Notes: a model not told the origin generated them from the sequence alone. Shown: positions 30,915 to 39,581, counted from the stretch's first letter. The stretch is 64,000 bases of DNA from an uncultured Chloroflexia bacterium (GCA_963797095.1 CAWCNY010000005.1:615425-679424); one strand, 5' to 3'. A program made the numbers and translations.

Positions 30915-31178
30915 CTAGACCAGAAGGCGCTGGACGCGGTTGATGCCGTACTCTTCCATCCTGTCGGCCAGGCCGCGGGGAGCGGGAGCGAGGGCGACGT
31001 GTGTCGAAGGGCAGGTGTTGTCGTCTTCGACGGTGGGGATGGCGGGAGCGGTTACCAGTTGAACCAGGAGCCATCTGCGCTTCTTGCCGGTGTTGAAGTG
31101 GAATGAGAAGCGCGAGCGGCGTATACCTTTGAGAGCTTCGTTGTTCTGGGCGATGGGGCCAATCAAATTCGTAATCAT
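30915..31178 (-). CDS. Hypothetical small basic protein
   Basis: An 87-aa ORF lies in an otherwise ~440-bp gap between two same-strand genes. Nothing is recognisable in it. Confidence 0.3.
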   Translation of the reverse strand: MITNLIGPIAQNNEALKGIRRSRFSFHFNTGKKRRWLLVQLVTAPAIPTVEDDNTCPSTHVALAPAPRGLADRMEEYGINRVQRLLV

Positions 31179-31241
31179 TGTCTTTCTCCTCTTATTTCCT
31201 CAGGGGTGCGTTCTGCACGGGTTGTGTGTTGCCTGTGACGG

Positions 31242-31748
31242 TTATCCGTAGATTTTCTTCATTGCCTCTGCGGCGCTGATCTTGCCGGCAGCCAGGTCAT
31301 CGAGTATTTTTTGCCTTTGCTCGGCGGACATCCTGGGGGGAGTGGGCGAAGTGGGTGGGATTGCCGGAATGGGCGGGGCGGGAACTGTGGGTGCGGGCGG
31401 AGCCGGCATGCGAGGCATCTGGGGCTTGAGGACCTGGGCCTCATAGTATTCGTACTGATCGACTTCGCTAAGCTCGGAGTCGTTGACGTCGTATCCCATG
31501 GCTTTGACTACTTCGTTGAGGCGAGCGACGACGGTCGGGTACGAGATCTCGAGTTCGTCTTCAACGTCTTTGATCTTGCCTTTGCATTTCATGAAGACTT
31601 CGACGAAGGCGACCTGCTCAGGTGTGAGGGCCTGTAGTCTGCCGAGGCCGAACGCGCCATCGATGCCTGTGCCGCAAGTGCCGCACTGCAACCGGGTGAC
31701 TGTAAGGGTGCTGTTGCAGATCGGGCATTTTCCTGGCATTTGATTCAT
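31242..31748 (-). CDS. DUF2089-family protein (zinc-ribbon + HTH) with a Pro-rich linker and a C-terminal SHOCT-like tail
   Basis: A CPICNSTL...CGTCG zinc ribbon is followed by a helix-turn-helix (LTPEQVAFVEVFMKCKGKIKDVEDELEISYPTVVARL). Confidence 0.75.
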   Translation of the reverse strand: MNQMPGKCPICNSTLTVTRLQCGTCGTGIDGAFGLGRLQALTPEQVAFVEVFMKCKGKIKDVEDELEISYPTVVARLNEVVKAMGYDVNDSELSEVDQYEYYEAQVLKPQMPRMPAPPAPTVPAPPIPAIPPTSPTPPRMSAEQRQKILDDLAAGKISAAEAMKKIYG

Positions 31749-31944
31749 TTTTCACAACCTCCGCATTCAGATTATCAATTTTGGTTTCAATATTCTCAAC
31801 TCTGCGGCCATCATATCACAGGAAATTGAGTTTGTCAAGTGGTAAATTGAGAAATTTAAGATGAATGTCAATAATCTTCATCTATTCTTTGAGTTTGTTC
31901 AAGATTGGTTGCTATTCTTACACTTCCTTGACTTTTGGGGTCCG

Positions 31945-32075
31945 GGGAACCCCTCACGCCAGCCCCTCTCCCCCGGTGGGGGAGAGGGGGTTAATAATTA
32001 GTGAGGGGAGTTGGGAGGACACCCCCAATCCTCCTCTCAGGGGAGTACTCCCTGCACCCCTTTGCAGGGGGTTTG
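31945..32075. repeat. Mosaic intergenic repeat element, copy R3 (A + B)
   Basis: The sequence is CCCCTCACGCCAGCCCCTCTCCCCCGGTGGGGGAGAGGGGG...GGACACCCCCAATCCTCCTCTCAGGGGAGTACTCCCTGCACCCC. It lies in the divergent intergenic region. Confidence 0.85.
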
Positions 32076-32373
32076 GGTGGTGGAGAGAGTAGAGGGTGGT
32101 CTGGTAATTGCTTGGGTGGGGAGGAGAGGAAAGGAGGGGTTTTGTGTGTAAGGTGAGCGCTAGTACTAATTCTATTGGGAATGAATACTTTTGGGCCGTT
32201 GCATTTTATTAGGTTCTGATATAACATATAGACACCGGGGGAGGGCCGGGTGCCACGATGTATCAAGGGCGTGTATATACCTCCGGGAATCCTCGTATTC
32301 GCGCTGGTGGGCGCACCGGCAATATAAATGCGACATAAATTAGGAAATCGGATAGAGAAGAGGAACCGCCAAT

Positions 32374-33183
32374 ATGCCAATTACCAGCACGAGAATGCCG
32401 ATTATCGGTATCTCTACAATTGATGACCATGACGCGGCAGGGATGCATGCCCCGCGCTTCAGCCTGAACCAGAGTTATGTGAAGGCTGTGGAGGCGGCAG
32501 GCGGCATACCGATCCTTATTCCTCAGTTGGAAGATGAAGGGGCGTTGCGCCGCATTTACGATATGCTGGACGGTATTTTGTTTCCGGGCGGGTTGGATAT
32601 TCACCCGAAGTTTTACGGGCAGGAGCCGCACCCGGCGCTTGACCCTACGGATATAGGGCTTGATTTTGTGGAGACTACGATATTGCCGTGGGCACTGGAC
32701 GACGACCTGCCTGTGCTGGGGATTTGCCGGGGCGAGCAGGTGATCAATGTGGTGATGGGCGGGACGCTGATCCAGGATATTTACAGCCAGTACACGACCA
32801 CTATTGACCACAGGGAGTCGTTCAAGAGGCGGATCAGGGATTTCCTGGCGCATGATATTGCTATTGACCCGGATTCGAGGCTGCGGACGCTGGTCGGGGA
32901 GGACCGCATATGGGTGAATACGTCGCATCACCAGGCTATTGATAAGGTCGCGCCCGGGTTGAAGGCAACGGCGTGGTCGCCTGACGGGATTGTGGAGGCG
33001 GTGGAAGCGCCTGACCGCCGTTTCTTGCTGGCGGTGCAGTGTCACCCCGAGGAGATGTGGCGCAAGCACCCGTGGGCGCGCAGGTTATTTAAGACGTTTG
33101 TGGACACGGCGTCGGATAGTATGGTTTCGCAGGGGCCGCACAGGTCGGCACTGCATTCTATGCAGGCTTTGCATTCGGCCTAA
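32374..33183 (+). CDS. Gamma-glutamyl hydrolase, class I glutamine amidotransferase-like (peptidase C26, PuuD-like)
   Basis: The catalytic Cys is in the GICRGEQ context. The HHQ...CHPE motif is also present. Confidence 0.85.
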   Translation: MPITSTRMPIIGISTIDDHDAAGMHAPRFSLNQSYVKAVEAAGGIPILIPQLEDEGALRRIYDMLDGILFPGGLDIHPKFYGQEPHPALDPTDIGLDFVETTILPWALDDDLPVLGICRGEQVINVVMGGTLIQDIYSQYTTTIDHRESFKRRIRDFLAHDIAIDPDSRLRTLVGEDRIWVNTSHHQAIDKVAPGLKATAWSPDGIVEAVEAPDRRFLLAVQCHPEEMWRKHPWARRLFKTFVDTASDSMVSQGPHRSALHSMQALHSA

Positions 33184-33240
33184 TGGGTTAGGCTCACCTT
33201 TTTTTGTTTGGGTATGCCCTAAGTTTGGGGTGCTTGCAAA

Positions 33241-33560
33241 GAGCCCTCACTCCCAGCCCCTCTCCCCTGCTAGGGGAGAGGGGAGTTAGTAATTAGTGAG
33301 GAGAGTTGGGGGACACCCCCGCCGCCCAGAGGGCACCCGCCCGGCAGGCAGTTCCGCCTGCACCCCCTTTAGCAATCGCGCCTGAGAGCTGGGATACGCC
33401 CAAACCGCTCGGCAGACTTTTCTGCCTGCACCCATGTTGGTGGAGTGTAAAGGAAAGGTTGGGGACATTCCAGAAACCCCCTGTCAGGAGGCGAAGTTCC
33501 CTGCATCTCTTTTTTGCCAATTGGGACCGCGAGTTGGGGGAAGTGTCCCAGATTCCCTTT
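33241..33560. repeat. Mosaic intergenic repeat element, copy R4 (A + ~3-4 B-like modules)
   Basis: Starts GAGCCCTCACTCCCAGCCCCTCTCCCCTGCTAGGGGAGAGGGGAGTTAGTAATTAGTGAGGAGAGTTGGGGGACACCCCC... Several variant B modules follow. It lies upstream of hutI. Confidence 0.85.
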
Positions 33561-33604
33561 CTGACCAGGGTGAAAGATGGGGCGGATTGGGGTATATTAG
33601 GGGC

Positions 33605-35014
33605 ATGAAAGAGCCTACTGCTAGCCTGATTATTCATTCGGCCTCCGAGCTTGTTACTTGCGCTTTGCCTTCTGCTAATTTGGAGGAACCTGCGCCTGCT
33701 CGTCCGGTGCCGGAGGTTGGGGGCCGGAAGGCGGAGGATGGAGGGCCGAGGCGAGGGTCTGAGCAGGGGGAGGCCGGGATCATCCATAACGGGGCGGTGG
33801 CGATCAGGCAGGGGCATATCCTGGCGGCCGGGGCGACCGAGGCGATTATGCCGAGGTATCGAGGGGAGGATACGCGCCTGATCGATGCTTCGGGGAAGAC
33901 AGTGACGCCGGGGCTGGTGGACGCGCACACGCATTTGGTGTGGGCGGGGTGGCGTGACGAAGAGTATGAACTGCGATTGAAGGGAGCCACCTACCTTGAG
34001 ATTATGGAGGCTGGGGGCGGGATCATGTCGACGGTGAGGGCGACGCGGCTGGCGGATGAAGACGAGCTAAAGGAGCTTGTGCGAGAGCGGCTGATGAGGA
34101 TGCTCGCGCATGGGACGACTACGGTTGAGATCAAGAGCGGGTATGGGCTGTCGGTTGAGGCAGAGTTGAAATCGCTGTGGGCTATACGGGACCTGAATAT
34201 CGAGTTGCAGGAAGCGGGGACGGGACCGCGCATCGCTGCTACATTTTTGGGAGGGCACGCTGTGCCGGAGGAGTACGCCGACAGTCCGGATGATTATGTC
34301 AACTTGATCGTTGAGAAGATGCTGCCTACTGTGGCACAGGAAGGATTGGCGGAGTGGTGCGATGTGTTCTGCGACGTAGGGGCGTTCAGCGCGGAGCAGA
34401 CGCGGCGGATATTGCAGAGGGCCACGGAGTTGGGCTTGGGGGTGCGGCTGCATGCTAACGAGTTCGAGAGGATCGGGGCGGTGCAGGTGGCGGCGGAGTT
34501 CGGGGCGGTGTCGGCTGACCATTTGCTGGTTATGGAGGAGGAGGATATCAAGGCGCTAAGGGACGCGGGAACGGTAGCGGTGCTGCTGCCGGGCACGCCG
34601 CTTGGGTTGGGGTTGAAGAATTATGCCCCGGCAAGGGCGCTCATTGATGCGGGGGTGCCGGTGGCACTGGCAACGGATTGCAATCCAGGGACGTGCCCAT
34701 CGGAGAACCTGGCGCTGATGATCTCGCTGGCTTGCTCGCAGATGAGGATGACGCCCACCGAGGCGACTGTGGCAGCCACGATCAATAGTGCATATGCGTT
34801 GAACAGGGGGCATATTGTGGGGAGCCTCGAGCCGGGGAAGATGGCCGACCTGGTGATCTGGAACGCGCCCAATCACCGGCATTTGGCGTATCATTTCGGG
34901 GTGAATTTGGCGGAAGCTGTATTTGTGGGTGGGGCGCAGGTCGGGGGTGGTTATTCGGAGACGGAGATCGAGGTCTACGTGGAAGAAGAGGCGATAGAGC
35001 GATTCTTGTCTTGA
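33605..35014 (+). CDS. hutI: Imidazolonepropionase (amidohydrolase)
   Basis: The DAHTHL metal-binding motif and the HutI C-terminal core are present. The start is set at ATG 33605, because the longer track ORF overlaps repeat R4. A low-complexity insertion lies near the N-terminus. Confidence 0.8.
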   Translation: MKEPTASLIIHSASELVTCALPSANLEEPAPARPVPEVGGRKAEDGGPRRGSEQGEAGIIHNGAVAIRQGHILAAGATEAIMPRYRGEDTRLIDASGKTVTPGLVDAHTHLVWAGWRDEEYELRLKGATYLEIMEAGGGIMSTVRATRLADEDELKELVRERLMRMLAHGTTTVEIKSGYGLSVEAELKSLWAIRDLNIELQEAGTGPRIAATFLGGHAVPEEYADSPDDYVNLIVEKMLPTVAQEGLAEWCDVFCDVGAFSAEQTRRILQRATELGLGVRLHANEFERIGAVQVAAEFGAVSADHLLVMEEEDIKALRDAGTVAVLLPGTPLGLGLKNYAPARALIDAGVPVALATDCNPGTCPSENLALMISLACSQMRMTPTEATVAATINSAYALNRGHIVGSLEPGKMADLVIWNAPNHRHLAYHFGVNLAEAVFVGGAQVGGGYSETEIEVYVEEEAIERFLS

Positions 35015-35103
35015 TATATGATTGGTCCACGGCACGCTAATTGCAATGTTATGCAATGAAGATTATGCCGATATATCCCTGACGGGGCTGATATTTCGGG
35101 GCA

Positions 35104-35655
35104 ATGGAGCCTACAATGAGCAAGCGGAAGAAGACAATAGTTGTGGATGGGGCCAATCTCGCTTATGAAGAGATGACGCAAGACCGCAAGCCGAAGGTCT
35201 CGAACATCAAGGCAGTGATGCAAAAGATCCGGGGGATGGGATTGCGTCCGATTGTGATCGTGGATGCGAGCCTGATACACGATGTTGATAAGCCGGACCA
35301 ACTGGATGCAATGATCAACTCAGGGCAGATCAAGCAGGTGCCCGCAGGGACGAACGCCGATTACTTTATTCTGAAGATCGCCAAAGAGCATAACGCGCAG
35401 ATCGTGACCAATGACCAGTACAAGGATTTTGCAAAGCAGTTCCCGAAGATCGATGAGCGCAGAGTGCCCGCTATGATCGTGGATGGTACGGTGGAGATAT
35501 ATGAGCCTGCGCTGAATGTAGCAGACAACGGCAATGGGCAGAACAACCACGACAGGCATGGCAGGGCGAACGCGCACCATAGCAATAAAGATGGTGGTAA
35601 GCGTCAAGGTAAAAGACAGGTGAATAAAAAGGAGAGGGCAAAAAGCTCGCCATAG
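35104..35655 (+). CDS. NYN-domain (PIN-like) putative RNase with a basic low-complexity C-terminal tail
   Basis: The N-terminus has the NYN-domain hallmark (KKTIVVDGANLAY...IVIVDAS...TNDQY). The gene and its flanks look lower in GC than the rest of the window. Confidence 0.7.
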   Translation: MEPTMSKRKKTIVVDGANLAYEEMTQDRKPKVSNIKAVMQKIRGMGLRPIVIVDASLIHDVDKPDQLDAMINSGQIKQVPAGTNADYFILKIAKEHNAQIVTNDQYKDFAKQFPKIDERRVPAMIVDGTVEIYEPALNVADNGNGQNNHDRHGRANAHHSNKDGGKRQGKRQVNKKERAKSSP

Positions 35656-35663
35656 GGAACGTA

Positions 35664-36728
35664 TTACGGCGCGCTGACGCTGAGGGTAAAGGCGGGGCGA
35701 ACCACGCCCACCACATCGCCGGGGCGATTGCGAACCTCTTCCAGCCAGTATCGTTCCAGCTTATTCAGGCTGTCTTCGTCCAGGAAGCCTCCCTGGCGCA
35801 ATCCTTCTATTATGGCGGGATTGCGCGCGCGCTGGGAGGGGTCGCCATCGAGCAGTTTGAGGGCAAAACCGGCGGCGGCCTCGACCGGATCGCCCAATTG
35901 CGCCACGCAGTAGACGCCCTCGGCCCCGGCTTTGGCTACGATGCCATCGGCGGCACGCATGAGGTCGGTGTCGATGCGACCCCTGGTGGCGGCCACCATC
36001 TCAGGATAGGCGCGCATGGCGGCGGTGATCCTGCGGACGGCGGTACGGCGCGGTTCGGGCCAGTATTCGGGCTGGCCGAGGCGGGCGAAAGAGGATGCCA
36101 TGCGATGCACGGAAATGCCGAAGGTGCAGACGCCGCAGCCGTCTACGCCAACGTGAACGTCGTTGGGGTGGAGGCCAGCGAAATCGGCGACGGTCTGGAG
36201 GATGGTTTGTTGAACGGGGTGGCGGGGGGATTCGTAGCCGCCGACGGGCCAGCCGTGGAAGCGGGCCAGGGCGAGCATGCCAGCGTGTTTGCCTGAGCAG
36301 TTGTTGTGGAGGACGGTGGGGGGCTCGCCGCGCTCTTGCAATTCGCGCGAAGCCTCTTTGTCGAGGGGAAAGTGGACGCCACAGGCGAGGGCGTCGGGGG
36401 TGAGGCCTATTTTGGAGAGAATTCTGGATACGACTTCGACATGGATGTCTTCGCCGCCATGGGAGCCGCAGATGATGGCGATCTCCTGTTCGGTGAGGCC
36501 GAAGTGGTCGGCAGCGCCACTTTCGACGAGGGGCACGGCCTGGATGGGCTTGGAGGAGGAGCGGTAGTAGGCAAGGGTGCCGGGGTTGCCCGCCCAGGCG
36601 AGTAGCTCGTTTTCGACGTTACAAATGGCGATGGCTCCAAAGTGGACCGATTCGATCATTGGGCCACGGGTTACTTCTACGAGGATGGCGGGGCTGCGTT
36701 CGGGGTTGTGTTTGGGGTCTGTTGTCAT
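35664..36728 (-). CDS. L-asparaginase II family protein
   Basis: The NCSGKHAGML motif and other asparaginase_II-family conserved blocks are present. Confidence 0.85.
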   Translation of the reverse strand: MTTDPKHNPERSPAILVEVTRGPMIESVHFGAIAICNVENELLAWAGNPGTLAYYRSSSKPIQAVPLVESGAADHFGLTEQEIAIICGSHGGEDIHVEVVSRILSKIGLTPDALACGVHFPLDKEASRELQERGEPPTVLHNNCSGKHAGMLALARFHGWPVGGYESPRHPVQQTILQTVADFAGLHPNDVHVGVDGCGVCTFGISVHRMASSFARLGQPEYWPEPRRTAVRRITAAMRAYPEMVAATRGRIDTDLMRAADGIVAKAGAEGVYCVAQLGDPVEAAAGFALKLLDGDPSQRARNPAIIEGLRQGGFLDEDSLNKLERYWLEEVRNRPGDVVGVVRPAFTLSVSAP

Positions 36729-36767
36729 GGGGGTCTCGTGATACGTGATACGTGGGGTCGTTAGTTG

Positions 36768-36800
36768 CTAGTTCCTGGTTCCTGGTTCCTGGTTGTTGGT
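36768..36800. repeat. Heptanucleotide tandem repeat (GTTCCTG, ~4 units)
   Basis: The run is tagttcctggttcctggttcctggttgttgg, between the asparaginase II start and the O-methyltransferase stop. Confidence 0.85.
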
Positions 36801-37502
36801 AGTCGGAGGTCGGTAGTTGGAGGGATGGGTTGGTTGTTGGGGATTGGGTAGTTTTAGGGTTATTGAGAGGCCGTCGCGCAGGGGGATTATTGTGGTTGTC
36901 AGGCGGGGGTGGTTGGAGACTGCTTTGTTGAAGGCGGCTATGCCCTGGGTGGAGGGGGAGGGGTTCTGGGGGTCCAGGACGCCGCCTGAGCGGATGGCGT
37001 TGTCGGATAGGAGGAGGCCACCAGGGCGGAGACGGCGGAGGCAGCGGTCGAGCATATGGAGGGCGGTGTCGGGTTTGTCGAACTGGGTGAGGATGTCGAG
37101 GAAGATTAGGTCAAAGCTCTCTTCCATGCCGTTCATGAGGACCAGGGCGTCGCCACGGCGGACGGCGCAGGTGCTGGAGAGATCGGCCTGGCGGAAGTAG
37201 GCTTCGGCCCAGGAGGCGCGGGCGTCGTCTTTTTCCAGGGTGACTACGCGGCCTTCGTTTTGGCGGGCGGCGAGGGCTAACCAGAAGGCGGAATAGCCGA
37301 TGGCGGTGCCGACATCGAGGATGTCTTTGGCGCGAGTGGAGAGGGCGAGGGTGTAGAGGAAGTGGCCCTCAATAGGGCCTATGATGGGGACGTTTTCACG
37401 CTCGGCGTGGGCTTCCATGTCGGCCAGGACGCCCTGGCGGGCAGGGATCAATGATAGTAGGTATTCTTCTACTCTGGGGTCTGTTATTCCGAAGTGTTTC
37501 AT
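36768..37502 (-). CDS. Class I SAM-dependent O-methyltransferase (caffeoyl-CoA OMT-like)
   Basis: The SAM-binding motif is present (ILDVGTAIGYSAFWLA) along with downstream family motifs. Confidence 0.85.
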   Translation of the reverse strand: MKHFGITDPRVEEYLLSLIPARQGVLADMEAHAERENVPIIGPIEGHFLYTLALSTRAKDILDVGTAIGYSAFWLALAARQNEGRVVTLEKDDARASWAEAYFRQADLSSTCAVRRGDALVLMNGMEESFDLIFLDILTQFDKPDTALHMLDRCLRRLRPGGLLLSDNAIRSGGVLDPQNPSPSTQGIAAFNKAVSNHPRLTTTIIPLRDGLSITLKLPNPQQPTHPSNYRPPTTNNQEPGTRN

Positions 37503-37544
37503 TTTTTGTGTTCTCTTTTTGTTTCTTACAGGTTGGGGTAGGAG

Positions 37545-37890
37545 AGACCCCTCACCCCCGGCACCTCTCCCCTATCAGGGGAGAGGGGAGTTAATAAAGA
37601 GAAGAAGTAGAGTTGAGGGGACGCCCCCCAAACCCCCTGTCAGGGGAGTACCCCTGCACCCCCTTCTGCTGTGTGTTAGGGAAGAGGCGACACCCCCAAT
37701 CCCCCTGTCAGGGGAGAACCTCTTCGCTCCCACTTTTGCCGGATAAGCGAGGAAAGAATTGGGGGAACACCTCCCGAACAGCCTGACAGGCTGTTTCGCC
37801 TGCACCCCCTTTGTGGTTGGGTGGTAGAGGAAGGGTTGGGGATACCCTAAGCCCCGCAGGCGACTTCATCGCCGCACCCCTTTTGTGCCT
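37545..37890. repeat. Mosaic intergenic repeat element, copy R5 (A + 4 B-like modules)
   Basis: Starts AGACCCCTCACCCCCGGCACCTCTCCCCTATCAGGGGAGAGGGGAGTTAATAAAGAGAAGAAGTAGAGTTGAGGGGACGCCCCCCAAACCCCCTGTCAGGGGAGTACCCCTGCACCCCC... It lies upstream of the O-methyltransferase gene. Confidence 0.85.
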
Positions 37891-37950
37891 GGATAGTGTA
37901 GGGAGATGAAGGCACGCATAACCCTCGGTAAGCGGTTTCGGTTGCGCTCT

Positions 37951-38415
37951 TTATTCTTCATGCTCGTGGCCGAAGACGGCTTTGTAGTCTTGTTGGATTT
38001 CCCAGGCTTCGTTGAAGCGGGGTGTGGGTTTGCCTTCTTGTTGGGTCCATTGATGAAGGCAGCGGGTGCACCGGTAGGTGAAGATGCGGACTGCATGGGT
38101 TTCCCTGGAAACGCGATGGGCAGTCCAGGCAGCGATGATCGTCAGGGATAGTATACCAGCCGTGATAAGTATTAACCATGTTGAATCTGGACCGAAAAGC
38201 CAGGTAACCCCCAGGTAAGACACGAGTACAGATGCGACGAAGATCGTGCCTGTGACCTGTGCATCTAGAGCGCCCATCTGACGATAGGTTTTGCCGGTGC
38301 GGAGGTCACGCCAAAGCATCCCCACGTAGTTTCCGAATGCGCCGCAATTGGGGCATTGGGTGGGCGATAGCTGGCTAGGGTGGGCAGAGGCAGGGGGTTG
38401 AGGCCAGAGTTTCAT
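37951..38415 (-). CDS. Small membrane protein with a Cys4 zinc-ribbon-like N-terminus (hypothetical)
   Basis: Two CxxC pairs flank two transmembrane helices (CPNCG...CTRC). An ATGA overlap with the upstream DUF1786 gene suggests translational coupling. Confidence 0.5.
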   Translation of the reverse strand: MKLWPQPPASAHPSQLSPTQCPNCGAFGNYVGMLWRDLRTGKTYRQMGALDAQVTGTIFVASVLVSYLGVTWLFGPDSTWLILITAGILSLTIIAAWTAHRVSRETHAVRIFTYRCTRCLHQWTQQEGKPTPRFNEAWEIQQDYKAVFGHEHEE

Positions 38416-39581
38416 TTGGGAGCGTCCAACCGGGATTGGATGTCGGGGGCGTGCTGGGGGAAGTGGACGGCGAAGGCGCGGAGGAGGCCATAGCAGCCGG
38501 AGAGCATCATGTCGCCGTGGGGGACGGCCATGTAGACGGGCCAGGGAGTGGGTATGCCTGAGAGCATGGAGCGGCGGGGGCCTGTTACCATGCAGAGGGT
38601 GGGTTCGGATGTTGGGGCGATGGTGTCATCGTGGGGGAGGGTGAGAGCGCCGTGACCGCTGGTGTCGAAGATTTCGGCGTTGGTGAGGCTGCCGGCGGCG
38701 AGGGAGCGGAGGAAGCTGACCAGGCGAGGGGCGTCGATTTCGCCTGTGTGATGCTCGAAGAGGGCGCGAATGCGGTTGCCTACTATGTGGAAGGCGAGGA
38801 CATGGAAGTTGCCTACATTGACGAAGAGGGCGTCGCCCTGCGCGGCTTCGCGGACGATGGGGTCGCCGAGAGCGCCGAGGAGGGCGGCGGGGCCAGTGTC
38901 CATTAGGAGTAGGAGGGGGTGGGCGCGGTCGGATTGGGCGATGGTGGAGGCTACGGCCTGGAGACGGGTGAGGTCGGGGTGGACTTGAGCGGAGGGGGAG
39001 GCGAAGGCGGCGAGAGCCTGGGAGATGGGCTTGTCGCCCCAGGTTTGTAGCTGATGGGATATGTAGTCGAAGCGGAAACGGCGGTCGCTGTAGCCGGGTG
39101 GGGCGTTGCCGTGGTCGAAGACGGCTACGGCGAGGGCATCGTATTGGGTGGGTTCGTGGAAGCCTGATAGGGCAGAGTGGATGGAGTGGAGGGTTACATC
39201 CTCCATTGTTATGAGGGTAGAGCGGCTGGGGCCGAGGTCGTGGTGGAGGGATTGGAGGGCGTCGGGGGGGATTATCTGGATGCCCATTGCTTCCACGCGG
39301 GAGAGGTCGTCGTCGAAGGTGCGGGCGGCGTCGGGGACGGCGTAGACGGGGAGGTTGGCGCGCAGGTGGTCTTCGACGGCCCATGCTCCGGGGCCACCGC
39401 CCATTGTGACGCCGGTGAGAAGGAGGGTGTGGGATCTGGCGGTGGCTTCGCGGACGCGGCGGGCGACGATCTGGGTGGGGGAAGGCATGATCATCTGCAC
39501 GCAGTTTTCGATCTCGGTGGAGGAGTCGAAGAGGAGGATGTCCTGGGTGCCGGTGCCTACGTCAATGGTGAGGATTCGCAT
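38412..39581 (-). CDS. DUF1786-family protein (ASKHA/hydantoinase-like ATPase fold; hypothetical)
   Basis: The N-terminal motif MRILTIDVGTGTQDILLFD is typical of sugar-kinase/Hsp70/actin-like folds. The DUF1786 assignment is from memory only. Confidence 0.6.
   Translation of the reverse strand: MRILTIDVGTGTQDILLFDSSTEIENCVQMIMPSPTQIVARRVREATARSHTLLLTGVTMGGGPGAWAVEDHLRANLPVYAVPDAARTFDDDLSRVEAMGIQIIPPDALQSLHHDLGPSRSTLITMEDVTLHSIHSALSGFHEPTQYDALAVAVFDHGNAPPGYSDRRFRFDYISHQLQTWGDKPISQALAAFASPSAQVHPDLTRLQAVASTIAQSDRAHPLLLLMDTGPAALLGALGDPIVREAAQGDALFVNVGNFHVLAFHIVGNRIRALFEHHTGEIDAPRLVSFLRSLAAGSLTNAEIFDTSGHGALTLPHDDTIAPTSEPTLCMVTGPRRSMLSGIPTPWPVYMAVPHGDMMLSGCYGLLRAFAVHFPQHAPDIQSRLDAPK

Noticed and set aside
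30850-31074. Alternative small ORF 30850-31074 on the minus strand, versus 30915-31178
   Set aside because: It is Arg/Pro-rich low complexity. I kept only the 30915-31178 ORF, and that one at low confidence.
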